The notes below the pieces were generated by a model. The model ran no database searches, was not told the DNA's origin, and saw nothing but the letters and a program-made list of their open reading frames with translations. A program made the position numbers and the translations under genes. Below, one piece after another: positions 31,827 through 41,743 of a stretch of 64,000 nucleotides of DNA; position 1 is the first letter of the stretch; every line of letters starts with the position of its first letter. The DNA is from an uncultured Verrucomicrobiae bacterium (GTDB taxonomy: Bacteria; Verrucomicrobiota; Verrucomicrobiia; Chthoniobacterales; UBA10450). The stretch covers positions 320,001-384,000 of the forward strand of contig CAWFGO010000002.1 in the NCBI GenBank assembly GCA_963815455.1, given 5' to 3'.

Positions 31827-32344
31827 AACATCGACAAGTTCTCTCTGTAACCGCGGGCGCCGACCGCGGCCCCGTGTCGCATCGATCCGCGTTCAGTCTC
31901 GTCGAAGTCGTGCTCGCGTTGGGCGTCGTTTCATTCGCGATCGTTGCGATTCTCGGCATCCTGCCAACCGGCCTGCAAACCGGCAAGTCATCGCAGGACG
32001 AGACTCGCGCGACCCAGCTGGCCCAGGCCGTTTTGGCGACCATGGCCAGTCAAGCGCCGACCCAGTTCAATCATGTCCAAATAGAGTTGAATGACGGTTC
32101 TCCCGTCCAGTTCGACCTTAGCGGTTCCGAGCCGAAGCCGGCGTTCTACGCCGACAACGATGGGAAAATGATCGGTGCCCCCGCGGGGGCGAGTTACAAA
32201 ATCGCCGTGACTACCAATGGCACCCCGCCCGGTTTCGATCCTGGAAACGCGAATCAAGTAACCGTCCGGGTATCCTGGCCCGCCAATGCGCCTCCGGCAG
32301 CTCAAACCTCACGGGATTATGTGCGAATCATTTCCAAATTCTGA
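31823..32344 (+). CDS. Prepilin, PilV/GspI-like (cassette B-like)
   Basis: RSA|FSLVEVVLALGVVSFAIVAILGILPTGL and VTVRVSWP. Confidence 0.85.
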   Translation: MKHRQVLSVTAGADRGPVSHRSAFSLVEVVLALGVVSFAIVAILGILPTGLQTGKSSQDETRATQLAQAVLATMASQAPTQFNHVQIELNDGSPVQFDLSGSEPKPAFYADNDGKMIGAPAGASYKIAVTTNGTPPGFDPGNANQVTVRVSWPANAPPAAQTSRDYVRIISKF

Positions 32345-33174
32345 CTCATCGGCGATGCGTCGACGGCGATTCTTCTGCGGGATTCACCCTGGTGGAACTG
32401 CTCATCGCGGTCACGATCACCGTCCTGATCGTGGTTCTGCTCGGGACGATGTTTGGATCGCTCACGAAAACGACTTCGCGGGCAAACCAGAGAACCGATG
32501 TTTTCCGCGATGCGCGCGCCGCCTTGCAGATGATCGAGCGCGACCTAACTGGTCTGGTGCGCGCTCAACAGACTGCGTATCTCGCGCTGGATAACATATG
32601 GCAGGCGGGAGACGATCCGTATGCGACCCGGACGAGTGCCACGCCGAACCTGCAACTCTTCGCCCTGATCGCAGCCAGGAACCAGCTGCCGGGCGGTGCG
32701 CCTCCGGGCGATGTTTGCGCGGTCGGTTATTACTGCGCCTGGGACAACACAAAACGTGCATATGTGCTCCGCCGTTTTTTTCGCAACAGCAAAGACATTT
32801 ACGAAGCAATCAAACCGCAGGTTGCCGGAAACACACTTAGCTACACCGGTGCTGCAGCGCTATACGTCCCGGCGGCTACGGACGACATCGTTGCGTCCTA
32901 TGTTTGGAATTTCAAAATCACAGCTTACAAATCCGATGGAACGAAAGACATTTCTTATCCGGGAAATGCCTTGATCGTTGTCGATCCGGGCAACCCTGAT
33001 CTCGTGCCACCGGCGGCGCTTGAGATTTCCTTCAACGCCATCAGTCCCGAAGCGGCACGAACAGTAACGAGCGTCTCCACCGACCCGGCGGATTGGATGA
33101 ACGCGACCTCGTCCAATCACATTCGCTTGATCACACCACACGCGTACGAGTTTCGGACACGAATCAATCTGTAG
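32319..33174 (+). CDS. Prepilin, PilW/GspJ-like (cassette C-like); probable indel in the leader
   Basis: SAG|FTLVELLIAVTIT in frame with ORF 32392, ARAALQMIERDL and AVGYY. The nearest ATGs (32319, 32355) are one base out of frame. Confidence 0.8.
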
Positions 33175-33176
33175 CC

Positions 33177-35782
33177 ATGCGACGCTTCTCGATCTTACCC
33201 AACGCGATCCAGAATGGTTTTGCCCTGATCATTACTCTGATCATGGTCGTGCTGGCTGCTGTGGTGGCTGTCGCCTTTGTCACCAATGCATCGCTGGATC
33301 GTCTTACCGCCAATTCCTTCAGCAAGAGAGCACGCGCGGAAATGGCGGCCCAATCCGGATTAGCCGCTGCCTTGAATGCGCTTTCCGGCGCGACTGGGCC
33401 AAATGATTTTCGATTTATCACCGCAGTCGGCGACGATGACGATCCCGCACACAGCAAGCCCGTTTTGATTCCGCTCAATTCCGATCCGACAACGGGCAAG
33501 GTGACTCTAGACGACGCTGCAAAGCGCGATCTCTATTCAATCGGAGCGGGCGCGACAATCACCCTCTCCGCAACCGCCATTCCCAAGGCGACCCGAACCG
33601 TTGGATTTGTCCCCATTACTACGAACGTTAACGGCGTCGATCAGGAGACAGAACGTTACGCGTTTTATGTCGATGAAGCGGGCAGTCGTCAGAATCTCGC
33701 CGTGCAAGGCGGAAAGGATCGCGTTTATGCCCGAGACCCGAATGAACTCCCGATCGTTACAGCCGAGGCCGCACCAGCACCATTCGCCGTAGCCCAAATC
33801 AGCGCGATACAGGATCAGCGAGCGTTATTGTTCACGCCACCGACGGCGAATCCGGTCCTATCGAATGCCGGCGCACCAACAACCCCGCCGGTTGACGACT
33901 ACGCCTACAGTATCGCTTCGGGGATAACGAATCTTAGTCCCGATAAGAAACCCCGGGTAAATCTGACGAAACTAAAAAATTACGTGGATGGACTCTCTGT
34001 CGATCAGGCGGCAGGCAATCCGAAAGCCGCTCTGGTAGACCGCCTGCTCACCCCGGGAGAGAGCGGACAGCCGAATGGGGCGGCGGCAATTTGTCGATCC
34101 TGACCAAGCTCGGTCACTATTCCACCGCGCAATCCCAACAAATCGTGGCGAATCTCATCGATTATCTGGACGACGATCTAATTCCGCACGACCGACAATG
34201 TCGATAATCCCACTTACTTTGGTGTCGAGGGAAAAGCGGATGCCCCCGGGAAAGTCGATGGTCATCCTTACATCAATTTCGTCGGCACAGGCTTGGTTTT
34301 AAATAAGAGCACGGCCGCCGGATTCCAAGGCGGCCTAAACTCCACACGAGTCCTTGCCGTATTGGGAATCGTGAATCCCTGGAGTCTTCCGACCAAGGAC
34401 TGGCCGACATTTGATAATTAAGCGCGGAGATCGACATCACGGTTCAGGGAGACGCGTCCGGGAGGGAATCTCGGCCCGCGGGCCAGTGACTATTTTCACG
34501 GCGTATTCAATACAACGGACTCGCGGCAATCAATTGTTGACCTTTCCGGTCGCACAGACCGCGGCAAATGCGGGATATTCTTTCCCCGCCCCTGCGAGCG
34601 CACCAACAAATTATGCGACCAATTACGATATTCTCGGCACGGTCGGCCGCCAACCCCCAGGGATGGTCTTCAGCGGCCTCGGTTTCAAAATCAACAAACT
34701 CCGGTTGAAGTATACACCGAGCACGGACGGCCGGAGCGGATACATTCAGGTCCTCGATAACTTGAAAAACAATCGCGCAGCCTGCCAATCCGAGCACGGC
34801 CGATATGGATCATTCTGGAGGGAGTTTGGTCTACAAATTCGCCAGCGGCGCGCCGGACAAGACCGATTTTCATCTCAATTCCGATCCCCGGCTTGGTTTT
34901 GTCGCCACCAACTGGCTGTTGTCAAAATCCACTGAAAGCGGTGCGGCACCCCCAACACCCCAAAGCAACGTCAACGTCTTTGCCGGGCATGACGCGAATA
35001 ACTGGGACTTTGCCGGAGCGGCGCCGAGCACAACAAATCACCTTTGGTACACAAAGACGGACGTCACGGCGAATTTTTACGTCAAGAGTCCTCCCAGCGA
35101 TGGGAGCAATCCCAAATTCGATTCAGCGGGGGAACTCGGTTATCTCCATACCGGTATTCCTTGGGAGACATTCCGCCTCTATGTGACCGGCGACGAAGCG
35201 AGCGGAAAGGAGCGGGACAAGGAACTGCTTGCTCATGTTCAGTCCGGAACATTTACCGATGCCGACTATGGAACAATTCCGACCCACACTGGCCAGGCCG
35301 ATCCCGGAACGCCGGTTCCGTTCCTTCGCGGCCCCTTGAATGTAAATACGAACAAGCGACCTACGTTGCAGGCGCTCTTTCTAGGCGCCAGCGAGAAAAA
35401 CGACAGTGATGCTACCGATAAAGCAAGAAATGGCGGAGACGGCCACGCCGTTGCCATCGCGGACGCGCTTGCTGGAAATGGAGCCGGGGCACCGTTCGCG
35501 CTCCCGGGCGATTTCCTTTCCCTGGCGGGCGTGAAGTCGGTGACGAATGAGCCCACGACGGATTTCGATCGAGAAGTGCTCGCCCGACGGACGGCCAATG
35601 TGCTCGGAACGCAATCGACCCGGTTCACCGTCTATGCTTTGGGCGAAGCCCGCGATAAAGTCGGCGGAACGATCTCGACCACGAGCACGGTAAATCTCCG
35701 TGCCGAAGTCGAGCTGCAAACCGATTCCACTGGCAAACCGGTTCCCAAAGTGCTGAGCACCGCCTACTATCTCACTAACTAA
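33177..35782 (+). CDS. Large PilX/GspK-like protein (cassette A-like), about 860 aa, frameshifted
   Basis: NG|FALIITLIMVV without E5, ARAEMAAQSG, RYAFYVDE, SAGELG, PWET, LNVNT and TQSTRFTVYALGEA; several indels between 34070 and 34800. Confidence 0.78.
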
Positions 35783-35789
35783 ACCTCAT

Positions 35790-36337
35790 ATGCGTTACAT
35801 CTCTTCTCGATCCAGCCTCACCTGCTTGCTCCTCGCGATGTCGATCTTGCCAGGTTTTGCTCAACAGCCCAGTCCGACTCCGAAACAGGTCACGATTCAA
35901 AATGTCACCCTGGAATCGGCGATCATGCCGGGGAGCACCCAGCCGTGGATAAAAGTCGTAACGCAGTTTCAGACTGCTCCGCGCTGGGCGGACGGAATTG
36001 TATTTCGCTATACATGGTTTTACTGGGCGCGGGCGATCAGTATCGAGTGCTTCCCGGAATCGTTCGATACGCCAACGTAAAAGGAGGCGGCAATCGAGCA
36101 GTGATGTACATCAGCCCAAATACGGCGGAAAGCTTTGGCGCGCCAATCACAGCGCACGTCAAAGCCTTCTACAAGGATGAGTTGGCTGACGATTTTGTGA
36201 TGAAGGGCTCAGGCAATATTCCCGCTGGCTGGGAAACGCAATATGACAAGTATCCCGGTCTCTTACTAACGGTCATTCAAACGCCCTGGTTGATCACCGA
36301 TTACTCGAATTCGCCAGACATTTTCGCCACGCAATAA
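35790..36337 (+). CDS. Secreted protein resembling the Amuc_1102 pilus-associated family (frameshift near 36008)
   Basis: Signal peptide and the motif string W.KV..QFQTAPRWAD...YMVLL...VRYANV...AVMYISP...PGLLL....TPW. The family match is from recall, not from a search. Confidence 0.6.
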
Positions 36338-36377
36338 TGGCGGACAACGCTACTACCGACTACGGGACTATACGGGC

Positions 36378-36412
36378 TTGACGATCGTATTTGTGTAGAT
36401 TACATATTTACG
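36378..36412 (+). promoter_or_regulatory. Putative toxin-antitoxin promoter with palindromic operator
   Basis: TTGACG at 36378, then the imperfect palindrome CGTATTTGTGTA-GAT-TACATATTTACG ending just before the antitoxin ATG. Confidence 0.5.
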
Positions 36413-36413
36413 C

Positions 36414-36674
36414 ATGGCGATTACCATTTCTGCTACCGAGGCCGCGCGCAACTTTGGCGATTGTCTCGCCCGGATTAAACATACCGGGGAAACCTTCATC
36501 TTGAGCAAAAACGAAAAGCCGGTCGCCGCGCTCGGCCCGTTGCCCGGCACTAGAACAGTGACTTTTCGCGAACTGTGGGACGCATGGCGAAAATTGCCGG
36601 CGGATCCGAAGTTCGCCGACGATCTCGAATCGGTGAACGAGGCCGATCAACCTCCAAAAAATCCGTGGGATTAG
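36414..36674 (+). CDS. Phd/YefM-family antitoxin
   Basis: ISATEAARNFGDCLARI...FILSKNEKPVA; ends NPWD. Confidence 0.85.
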   Translation: MAITISATEAARNFGDCLARIKHTGETFILSKNEKPVAALGPLPGTRTVTFRELWDAWRKLPADPKFADDLESVNEADQPPKNPWD

Positions 36675-37084
36675 TCCTCGACACCTCGGCGCTGGTCGAG
36701 CTCGAACGGATGGGTCCAAACGGGCCAACCGGCGACCTGCCTTGGGACGAGGAACTAATTCTACCGGCGATTGTCTGGGCCGAGGCATTGGTTGGCGTGA
36801 GGCTGGCCGATACGCCGCTGCGAGCGGCGCAACGCCGGGCGCGTTTGGAGTCCCTTCGCGTTCGTTTGGCGATTGAGCCGTTCTCTATCGAAGTCGCGGA
36901 ACATTACGCGGATATCTTTGCGGAGTTAATGCAGTCTGGGACTATGATTCCGCAGAACGATATTGCGGTGGCAGCGACGGCTCGGGCCGCAAGTTTCGGT
37001 GTCCTTACGGGGCCGAATGATGAGAAACATTTTCAGCGCGTAACCGGTATGATCGTGCGCGTCCTGCGCGCGCAGCCGAGTTGA
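36665..37084 (+). CDS. vapC: PIN-domain (VapC) toxin
   Basis: GTG start overlaps the antitoxin; LVLDTSAL, IVWAE, IPQNDIAVAATA and DEKHF motifs. Confidence 0.85.
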   Translation: MGLVLDTSALVELERMGPNGPTGDLPWDEELILPAIVWAEALVGVRLADTPLRAAQRRARLESLRVRLAIEPFSIEVAEHYADIFAELMQSGTMIPQNDIAVAATARAASFGVLTGPNDEKHFQRVTGMIVRVLRAQPS

Positions 37085-37097
37085 TTCGAAGCCGTTA

Positions 37098-37130
37098 CAG
37101 GGCCCGGACGCGCGGAAGCGCGTCCCTCCG
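37098..37130. repeat. REP-like hairpin GGACGCGC-GGAA-GCGCGTCC-CTCC
   Basis: 32 of 33 nt identical to 62445-62477; lies between convergent genes. Confidence 0.85.
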
Positions 37131-37198
37131 GTTGGCTGACTTGTCCTCAGAGTTGCGGCCGACACGGCCGCCTCTACACCGGAATAACGCGCGAAGCG

Positions 37199-37950
37199 TC
37201 AGTGCACTTGCGTTTTGAGCTGTCGGATGGCGTCGCGCAATTCGGCAGCCCGCTCGTAGAGTTCCTTGGCAATCGCGCTTTCCATCTCTCGCTCCATGAT
37301 CTCGACCTTCGAGAGCGGCCGTTTCGCCCGCACTTCGTTGAGCCATTCGTCCAGGAATGCGATTTCGGAGTTTTTCGCGGCCAGCTCGGGGAAGTTTGAT
37401 CGCTCAAAGAATTCCGTGATCGCGTCGCGTCCGTGCTGAATTTCGCGCATGGCGTCGGGAAATTTTCCCAGGCCCAGAAGGATCGAGGCCCGGGCCCGCG
37501 TGTTCATCATCAAAACGTAGGGACGAAATTGCTGCATGTTCCAGGAAAGATCTTCGCGATCGGTATGGGCGGCTACGAAGTCGAATAGATCGAGGTTGCG
37601 TTGGGTATCGCGAACAACGCCGGCGAAATCGTTGATCTGAAACAAGCTGAGATACCGGTGATAATATTGGATCCCTTCCTGTTGCAGCTCGGCGCATTGC
37701 TCGATGCTGAGCTCGTAATTTTCTCCCCGCTGCACCGAACGGGCTGCCCGCTGTTGATGAAATTCAAGGAGCGATTCGCAACCGTGCGGGCGCACCCCGT
37801 CGGGGCGGCCGGTCATCTCCATTTGCAGCACGCCCAAGTCGACCCGCAGTTGAATTTCTCGCGGCCATCGAGCCCGGCGATCTTGCGGACCTTAACTTTC
37901 CCGTTCTCGTGACCCCATTCCCCTAAGACCGTGTTCAAATCCAAGCTCAT
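37199..37950 (-). CDS. UvrB/UvrC-motif-containing protein (frameshift near 37852)
   Basis: GVLQMEMTGRPDG.RPHG, E..QYYHRY and RDTQRNL motifs; C-terminal UVR motif AIAKELYERAAELRDAI. Confidence 0.8.
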
Positions 37951-38024
37951 CCGGCAAGAAGCATCGGATATTTGGGCTTCGCTTGTCAATAACTCCCCGA
38001 TTTGGCGGCCGGGAATCGGGGCAA

Positions 38025-38050
38025 CGCCTCGACAGAGCGAGGCGGCTACA
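38025..38050. repeat. GTAG-type REP (minus strand TGTAGCCGCCTCGCTCTGTCGAGGCG)
   Basis: CGCCTCG-ACAGAG-CGAGGCG hairpin followed by GCTACA. Confidence 0.7.
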
Positions 38051-38090
38051 GCTTCACTTGTCACTGGTCACTGGTCACCTAGCTTCTCCC

Positions 38091-38981
38091 GTGGAGCAGG
38101 CCATCGACTCGTTCATCCGCTTCCTCGCGGTCGAGCGCGGGCTTTCGGAAAATTACCAGCTTTCGACGCAGCGATCCCTCACCGAATTTGCCCGCTGGTC
38201 CAACCAGAAATGCAAGATCGACAGGGCCAATGCAGTCACGCTGCCACTCATCAGTGAATACCTGGCCGAGCGGAAACAGGCGGGGCTTTCGGCTTCGTCG
38301 ATCAAGTTGATCGTGGTCGCGCTCAAGATTTTCTTCCGTTTCCTGGCGGAGAAAGGCGTTGTGAAACGCGATCCGGCCGAGGCGCTGGCGTTGCCGCGAA
38401 TCGAACGTTACCTGCCCGAGACATTGAACGAATTACAGGTCGAACAGTTGATCGAGAGCATCGACACGAAGGTTCCGCTGGGCTTGCGCGACCGGGCGAT
38501 GATCGAGCTGCTGTATGCCAGCGGGTTGCGCATTGCCGAGCTGGCCAACGCGCGGCTGGAGAATTTTAGTTCGGAAGAGCGCATCTTGCGCGTTACCGGC
38601 AAAGGGAACAAGACGCGCCTCGTGCCGGTGGGCGGCAAAGCGTGCGAGGCGCTGGCGGCATATTTATCGGCGGAGCGCCCCAAACTGGTGAAGCGCCGCA
38701 GCAGCAGCGAAATTTTCCTTTCCGCGCGCGGCACGAAATTAACCACTGCGCGGATCTGGCAGATCGTGAAAAGGATTTCGCGGCAATCCGGCCTGGAAAA
38801 AAACATTTATCCGCATTTGCTCCGGCACAGTTTCGCCACGCATTTGCTCGGGAACGGGGCCGATCTTCGGATCATTCAAGAGATGCTGGGCCATGCCGAT
38901 ATTTCTACGACGCAGGTTTATACGCACGTCGATCAACAGCGTCTCAAGGCCGTGCATCGGCAGTTTCATCCGCGCGCATAG
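38091..38981 (+). CDS. xerD: Tyrosine recombinase XerD/XerC
   Basis: VERGLSEN, LYASGLR, GKGNK, HLLRHSFATHLL, GADLR and LGHADISTTQVYTH; ends HPRA. Confidence 0.88.
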   Translation: MEQAIDSFIRFLAVERGLSENYQLSTQRSLTEFARWSNQKCKIDRANAVTLPLISEYLAERKQAGLSASSIKLIVVALKIFFRFLAEKGVVKRDPAEALALPRIERYLPETLNELQVEQLIESIDTKVPLGLRDRAMIELLYASGLRIAELANARLENFSSEERILRVTGKGNKTRLVPVGGKACEALAAYLSAERPKLVKRRSSSEIFLSARGTKLTTARIWQIVKRISRQSGLEKNIYPHLLRHSFATHLLGNGADLRIIQEMLGHADISTTQVYTHVDQQRLKAVHRQFHPRA

Positions 38982-39040
38982 CGAAATGAAATCTGACTTT
39001 CCTGTTTTCCTGGGTTCCTGATTCGTCCACATTCCCGTTC

Positions 39041-40807
39041 ATGAAACGCGCCTTGCTCCTGGTGATCGCCGCAGCCGGGGTGGCCGTCGCCGCCTGGTAC
39101 GCCGTGCGCCTGGCCACAACGACCTCGACGGAGGCGGTGGCCGCGCTGCTTCCCCGGGAGACAATTCTTCTGCTCCACCTGCCGGACATTAATCGGACAC
39201 GCGACCGGTGGCATAACTCCGATGTCTACCAGCTGTATCGCGAACCGGCGGTGCAGGATTTTCTTCGGAAGCCGTTGAGCCGGGTCCCAAAAGCAGGCGC
39301 GGCTTCACAAACCCTCCACGATTTCGAGCAGCTCGATCCCAAGGACACCTTCTTTGCGCTTACTTCAGTCGATCAAACCAGCCCGAAGTACGTTGCCGGT
39401 TTTCGTTTTCGCGGAAGCGAGCAGGAGGCCGAGCGAGTGATCGGCAAGTGGCGATCGAAGTTGCTCGAGAGAAACCCGAATGCCCAAGCCGAGAAGATCG
39501 AATACCTGCGGCACAAGATCGACATCGTTACAATTCCGCCGTTTGCTTTCGCCTCCACCTATGACGGTCAATGGTTCTTTCTGGCGAACGACCGTGAGAA
39601 CCTGAAAGCCGTTCTCGATCGCGCAGACCAGCGCGGCAAGGACCGAACGCCGGCTCTCGACACGGATGAAGCGTATCGGGCCGCCACGGCGCACATGCCA
39701 TCCAGTTACGCAGCGCTTGTTTATCTGCAGCCGAAAACGTTCGCCGACCAACTACAGGCACTCCGGGCTGCGATCGGATCGCCGATGTCCCCAAGCGAAC
39801 GTCCGTTACTCGAGCAACTACGCAGTGTTTGCGGGACCATGTATTTCGATAATGGCAAGATCCACGACGTGCTGTTCGTGGGAATGTCAAAGATCGAACA
39901 AGCTCCGCCCCTTACCCGCTCGTCTCTAACGCTGGGAACCAAAAACACGGCCTTTTATCTGGCCGCTGTGCTCAATCTCGGCGACAAGATCAATGCGATC
40001 GGCCAGGCACCGGGCATCGGTGACAGAATCCAGCGGCTATTTCAAACGTTTATCGAGGGCGGAGTTACGGCGGATGATTGGAAGGCTGCATTCGGCCTGG
40101 AGCTCGGGGCGTTGGCGGATTGGCCGCAGACTTCGCACTGGCCGGCGCTGCTTGCGACTCTTCCTGTGCGCGACGTCGGCAAGGCGAGCAAGATCGTGGA
40201 AGCGGCGATGCGTATCGACGAGGATTCGTTCTGGGCGCGGACGGAACGCGACGGAGTGCGCTATTTTTCAATGCAGTCGCCGGCCAGCCTCATCGCTATC
40301 ACTCCGACCATTGCGTTATCGGACCGCATCCTGATTGCCGGCCTGGATGCCAGCGCGGTCGAAGCGGCGATCAACCGCAGCCGCAATTCGGATTCCGAAC
40401 TGGCGAACGGCGAAACTTACAGAACAGCCGCGCGATTGGTGCCGGCTCCGACAAATTTTTTCGCCTATGTCGATACCGGAATGCTTTATCAGCGGCTCGA
40501 TACCACCGTGCGGCCCATGCTGTTGATGGCGGCGGCGTTCATGCCGGGCGTAAACGATTATGTCGATCTTGATAAATTTCCGGGGCCGGAAGTGATCACG
40601 AAACATCTCAGCCCGATCGTTTCGTCGCAACGATACGACCGCGACGGTTACGTGGCCGAATCGGCCGGGCCGGTCACATTGAACCAGGCCGCCATTGGAC
40701 TGGCCGTTCTCGGAATCGGAATTGCGAACGACGCCAAGGATCGGGGCAGTTTTCTTGGAACAACCAAGCTGCTGCCACCTTCGCCGAGCCCCAGCGGGAC
40801 ACCGTGA
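39041..40807 (+). CDS. Membrane-anchored hypothetical protein (DUF3352-like)
   Basis: Intact 588-aa ORF, N-terminal TM followed by AALLPRET; family assignment tentative. Confidence 0.7.
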   Translation: MKRALLLVIAAAGVAVAAWYAVRLATTTSTEAVAALLPRETILLLHLPDINRTRDRWHNSDVYQLYREPAVQDFLRKPLSRVPKAGAASQTLHDFEQLDPKDTFFALTSVDQTSPKYVAGFRFRGSEQEAERVIGKWRSKLLERNPNAQAEKIEYLRHKIDIVTIPPFAFASTYDGQWFFLANDRENLKAVLDRADQRGKDRTPALDTDEAYRAATAHMPSSYAALVYLQPKTFADQLQALRAAIGSPMSPSERPLLEQLRSVCGTMYFDNGKIHDVLFVGMSKIEQAPPLTRSSLTLGTKNTAFYLAAVLNLGDKINAIGQAPGIGDRIQRLFQTFIEGGVTADDWKAAFGLELGALADWPQTSHWPALLATLPVRDVGKASKIVEAAMRIDEDSFWARTERDGVRYFSMQSPASLIAITPTIALSDRILIAGLDASAVEAAINRSRNSDSELANGETYRTAARLVPAPTNFFAYVDTGMLYQRLDTTVRPMLLMAAAFMPGVNDYVDLDKFPGPEVITKHLSPIVSSQRYDRDGYVAESAGPVTLNQAAIGLAVLGIGIANDAKDRGSFLGTTKLLPPSPSPSGTP

Positions 40808-40941
40808 ACCGGCAGCCTCTTGGTAAGCCGTAGCTCGCCAAGGGAGTGGGTGAGGGGCAAGGGCCGCTGATTGCGCCATTTCGACCCAATCTTCCGGGGG
40901 CAAAACGCGGCTAAGAAATGTGCTGCTAACCGGCGAAAATA

Positions 40942-40950
40942 TGCTATCCT
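40942..40950 (+). promoter_or_regulatory. Extended -10 element (TGcTATCCT), implying a nearly leaderless transcript
   Basis: Ends 9 nt before the ATG at 40960; no Shine-Dalgarno sequence. Confidence 0.4.
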
Positions 40951-40959
40951 TGCCGGTCT

Positions 40960-41274
40960 ATGGCTATCCTCAAGAAAAACGCATTCTCCCGCCGAGTTCC
41001 CGATCTCGTGACCGAGGAACTTGTTGCCGTGCTCTCACGACGCGCGTCGTTTGAGTTTAAGCAACTTTTCGACATTGTTCACGAAAACCTCAGGGCCCGG
41101 AACGCCGCCAGCGGTGGCGAGGAAATGCTGCGCCTGCGCGCCTATGAGAAACTGCAAAACCTGGTTGCCCGCGGCGCGGTCAAAAAGAACGGCAAGAAAT
41201 ACAAGGGACTTCCTTCGGCGTTGGCAGCGGCCATTGCACCTCAAAACGGACATTTTCCGACGCCAGTAAGGTAA
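40960..41274 (+). CDS. Small basic hypothetical protein (possible winged helix)
   Basis: Intact ORF; helix GGEEMLRLRAYEKLQNLV followed by a beta hairpin, VKKNGKKY. Confidence 0.7.
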   Translation: MAILKKNAFSRRVPDLVTEELVAVLSRRASFEFKQLFDIVHENLRARNAASGGEEMLRLRAYEKLQNLVARGAVKKNGKKYKGLPSALAAAIAPQNGHFPTPVR

Positions 41275-41319
41275 TCGATTCGGACAAGGCCCGGCGAAAA
41301 GCTCTCAGACAAATCGCCG

Positions 41320-41691
41320 ATGTTGCGAGAATATCTGCCGATCTTGCTACAGATCGCGGTGGCGATCGGGTTTGCTGCCTCGGCATTGCTGGTGAGCGTC
41401 ATTGTCGGGAAAAGCGGCAAACGGACTCGGGCTAAGGACACGGCTTACGAATGCGGGATGATTCCACAGGGCGAAGCGCAGCCCCGCTTCAGCGTGAAGT
41501 TTTATCTGGTGGCGATGCTCTTTATCCTGTTCGACCTGGAGATCGTGTTCATGTACCCGTGGGCGGTGGTTTACCGGGATGCGATCCAGCAGAGCAGCGT
41601 CATCTTTTGGAGCATGCTCAGCTTCATCTCGATCCTGATGGTGGGCTACATCTACGCGCTGAAAAAAGGCGCGCTCGATTTCAGACGGTAG
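41320..41691 (+). CDS. nuoA: NADH-quinone oxidoreductase subunit A
   Basis: YECG, RFSVKFYLVAMLFILFDLE, YPWA and KKGALD motifs. Confidence 0.95.
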   Translation: MLREYLPILLQIAVAIGFAASALLVSVIVGKSGKRTRAKDTAYECGMIPQGEAQPRFSVKFYLVAMLFILFDLEIVFMYPWAVVYRDAIQQSSVIFWSMLSFISILMVGYIYALKKGALDFRR

Positions 41692-41743
41692 AAGGGCATC
41701 CGGCGCAGACGTCCCGTCAGTCCGTCCATCACCTGAGGTCTGG

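Noticed and set aside
38091..38981. Recombinase as a prophage or island integrase
   Set aside because: Size and motifs match housekeeping XerD/XerC; no tRNA, att repeats or phage genes are nearby.
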